DNA from: Chiloscyllium plagiosum
Lineage: Eukaryota
Assembly: GCF_004010195.1 (NCBI RefSeq)
Contig: NC_057718.1
Coordinates: forward strand, 88,442,894 to 88,462,893
Direction: 5' to 3'
DNA: 20,000 nucleotides
Below, piece after piece: positions 19,132-20,000 of the stretch. A program made the translations under genes and the position numbers. The notes beneath the pieces were generated by a model, which worked only from the letters and a program-made list of their open reading frames with translations, made no database searches and was not told the origin of the DNA. Every line of letters starts with the position of its first letter. Positions within the stretch are counted from its first letter, which is position 1.

Positions 19132-20000
19132 TTTCCTAGCTTCCAGCCCTGCTGTATTTTCACCATCCCTCCAGACCTCCCCCTCTCTGAGGATGAAAGA
19201 TCAGTCCTCAGCAGAGGCCTCAACTTCGTCCCCCTACGCTCCCGGACTAACGAATTCAACACACGGCGAGATGTCAAACAATTCTTCTGCCGCCTTCGCC
19301 TCTGCGCCTACTTCTTCAACCAGGACTCCTGCCCACCCTCTGACGACCCTTTCTCCCGCCTCCAACACACCCCATCCACCTGGACACCCCGTGCTGGCCT
19401 CTTATCTGCCCTCGATCTCTTCATAGCCAACTGCCGCCGTGACATTGACCGCCTCAACCTGTCCACCCCTCTCTCCCACTCCAACCTCTCACCCTCTCAA
19501 CGTGCAGCCCTCCACTCCCTCCACTCCAACCCCAACCTCACTGTCAAACCGGCAGACAAAGGAGGCGCGGTAGTAGTTTGGCTCACCGATCTTTATATTG
19601 TTGAGGCTAAACGCCAGCTCGCGGACACCTCCTCCTACTGCCCCCTTGACCATGACCCCACCTCCCACCACCAAACCATCATCTCCCAGACCATCCGTAA
19701 CCTCATCACCTCAGGGGATCTCCCATCCACCGCTTCCAACCTCATAGTCCCACAACCCTGCACCGCTCGTTTCTGCCTCCTGCCCAAAATCCACAAACCT
19801 GACTGCCCCGGCCAACCCATTGTCTCAGCCTGCTCCTGCCCCACCGAATTCATTTCTGCATACCTTGACACGGTCCTTTCCCCCTTAGTCCAAGAACTCC
19901 CCACCTACGTTTGGGACACCACCCACGCCATCCACCTCCTCCATGATTTTCGCTTCCCTGGCCCCCAACGCCTTATCTTCACCATGGACATCCAGTCCCT
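19132..20000 (+). mobile_element. Penelope-like retroelement reverse transcriptase ORF, N-terminal part, stop-free to the window edge
   Basis: My translation of frame +1 after the TAA at 19129-19131: IFTIPPDLPLSEDERSVLSRGLNFVP..FFCRLRLCAYFF..STWTP..SNLSPSQRAALHSL..TVKPADKGGAVVVW..FCLLPKIHKPDCPGQPIVSACSCPTE..LPTYVWDT..IFTMDIQS. This carries the PLE-diagnostic DKG motif and RT motifs 1-3. No in-frame ATG near the start, so it is probably 5'-truncated. Confidence 0.93.

Noticed and set aside
19094..19904. ORFs 19094-19426 (+), 19489-19674 (-) and 19635-19904 (-)
   Set aside because: Shadow frames of the Penelope RT frame, caused by compositional bias.

Overview
Eukaryotic, repeat-dominated DNA. 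The repeat families (HE1-type V-SINE, HER1/CR1 LINEs, Deu-domain SINEs, Penelope-like elements) point to a cartilaginous fish, probably a shark. This was recognised by eye, not by a database search. The window looks like intron sequence of a plus-strand gene with one well-bounded 112-bp exon (8040-8151, gene not identified). Main contents: (1) nested CR1 LINE and SINE fragments. (2) A decayed, internally deleted LTR retrotransposon (11690-16517, minus strand, TATT target-site duplication) with the unusual Gmr1-type order gag-INT-RT-RNaseH. (3) A stop-free Penelope-like RT reading frame running off the right edge (19132-20000), missed by the ORF track. (4) Six short Penelope-terminus-type inserts from three families. 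Four are fold-back palindromes, four have 10-15-bp target-site duplications, and five carry intact or decayed minimal hammerhead ribozyme cores (CUGAnGA-A-stemII-GAAA-palindromic stemIII). The best example is a perfect 91-bp inverted repeat at 5305-5494 with a complete type I hammerhead at its apex on the minus strand. A 290-bp inverted copy of nearby DNA is inserted into one LTR, with one breakpoint inside a hairpin arm. There are no prokaryotic genes, CRISPR arrays, rRNA or true tRNA genes.
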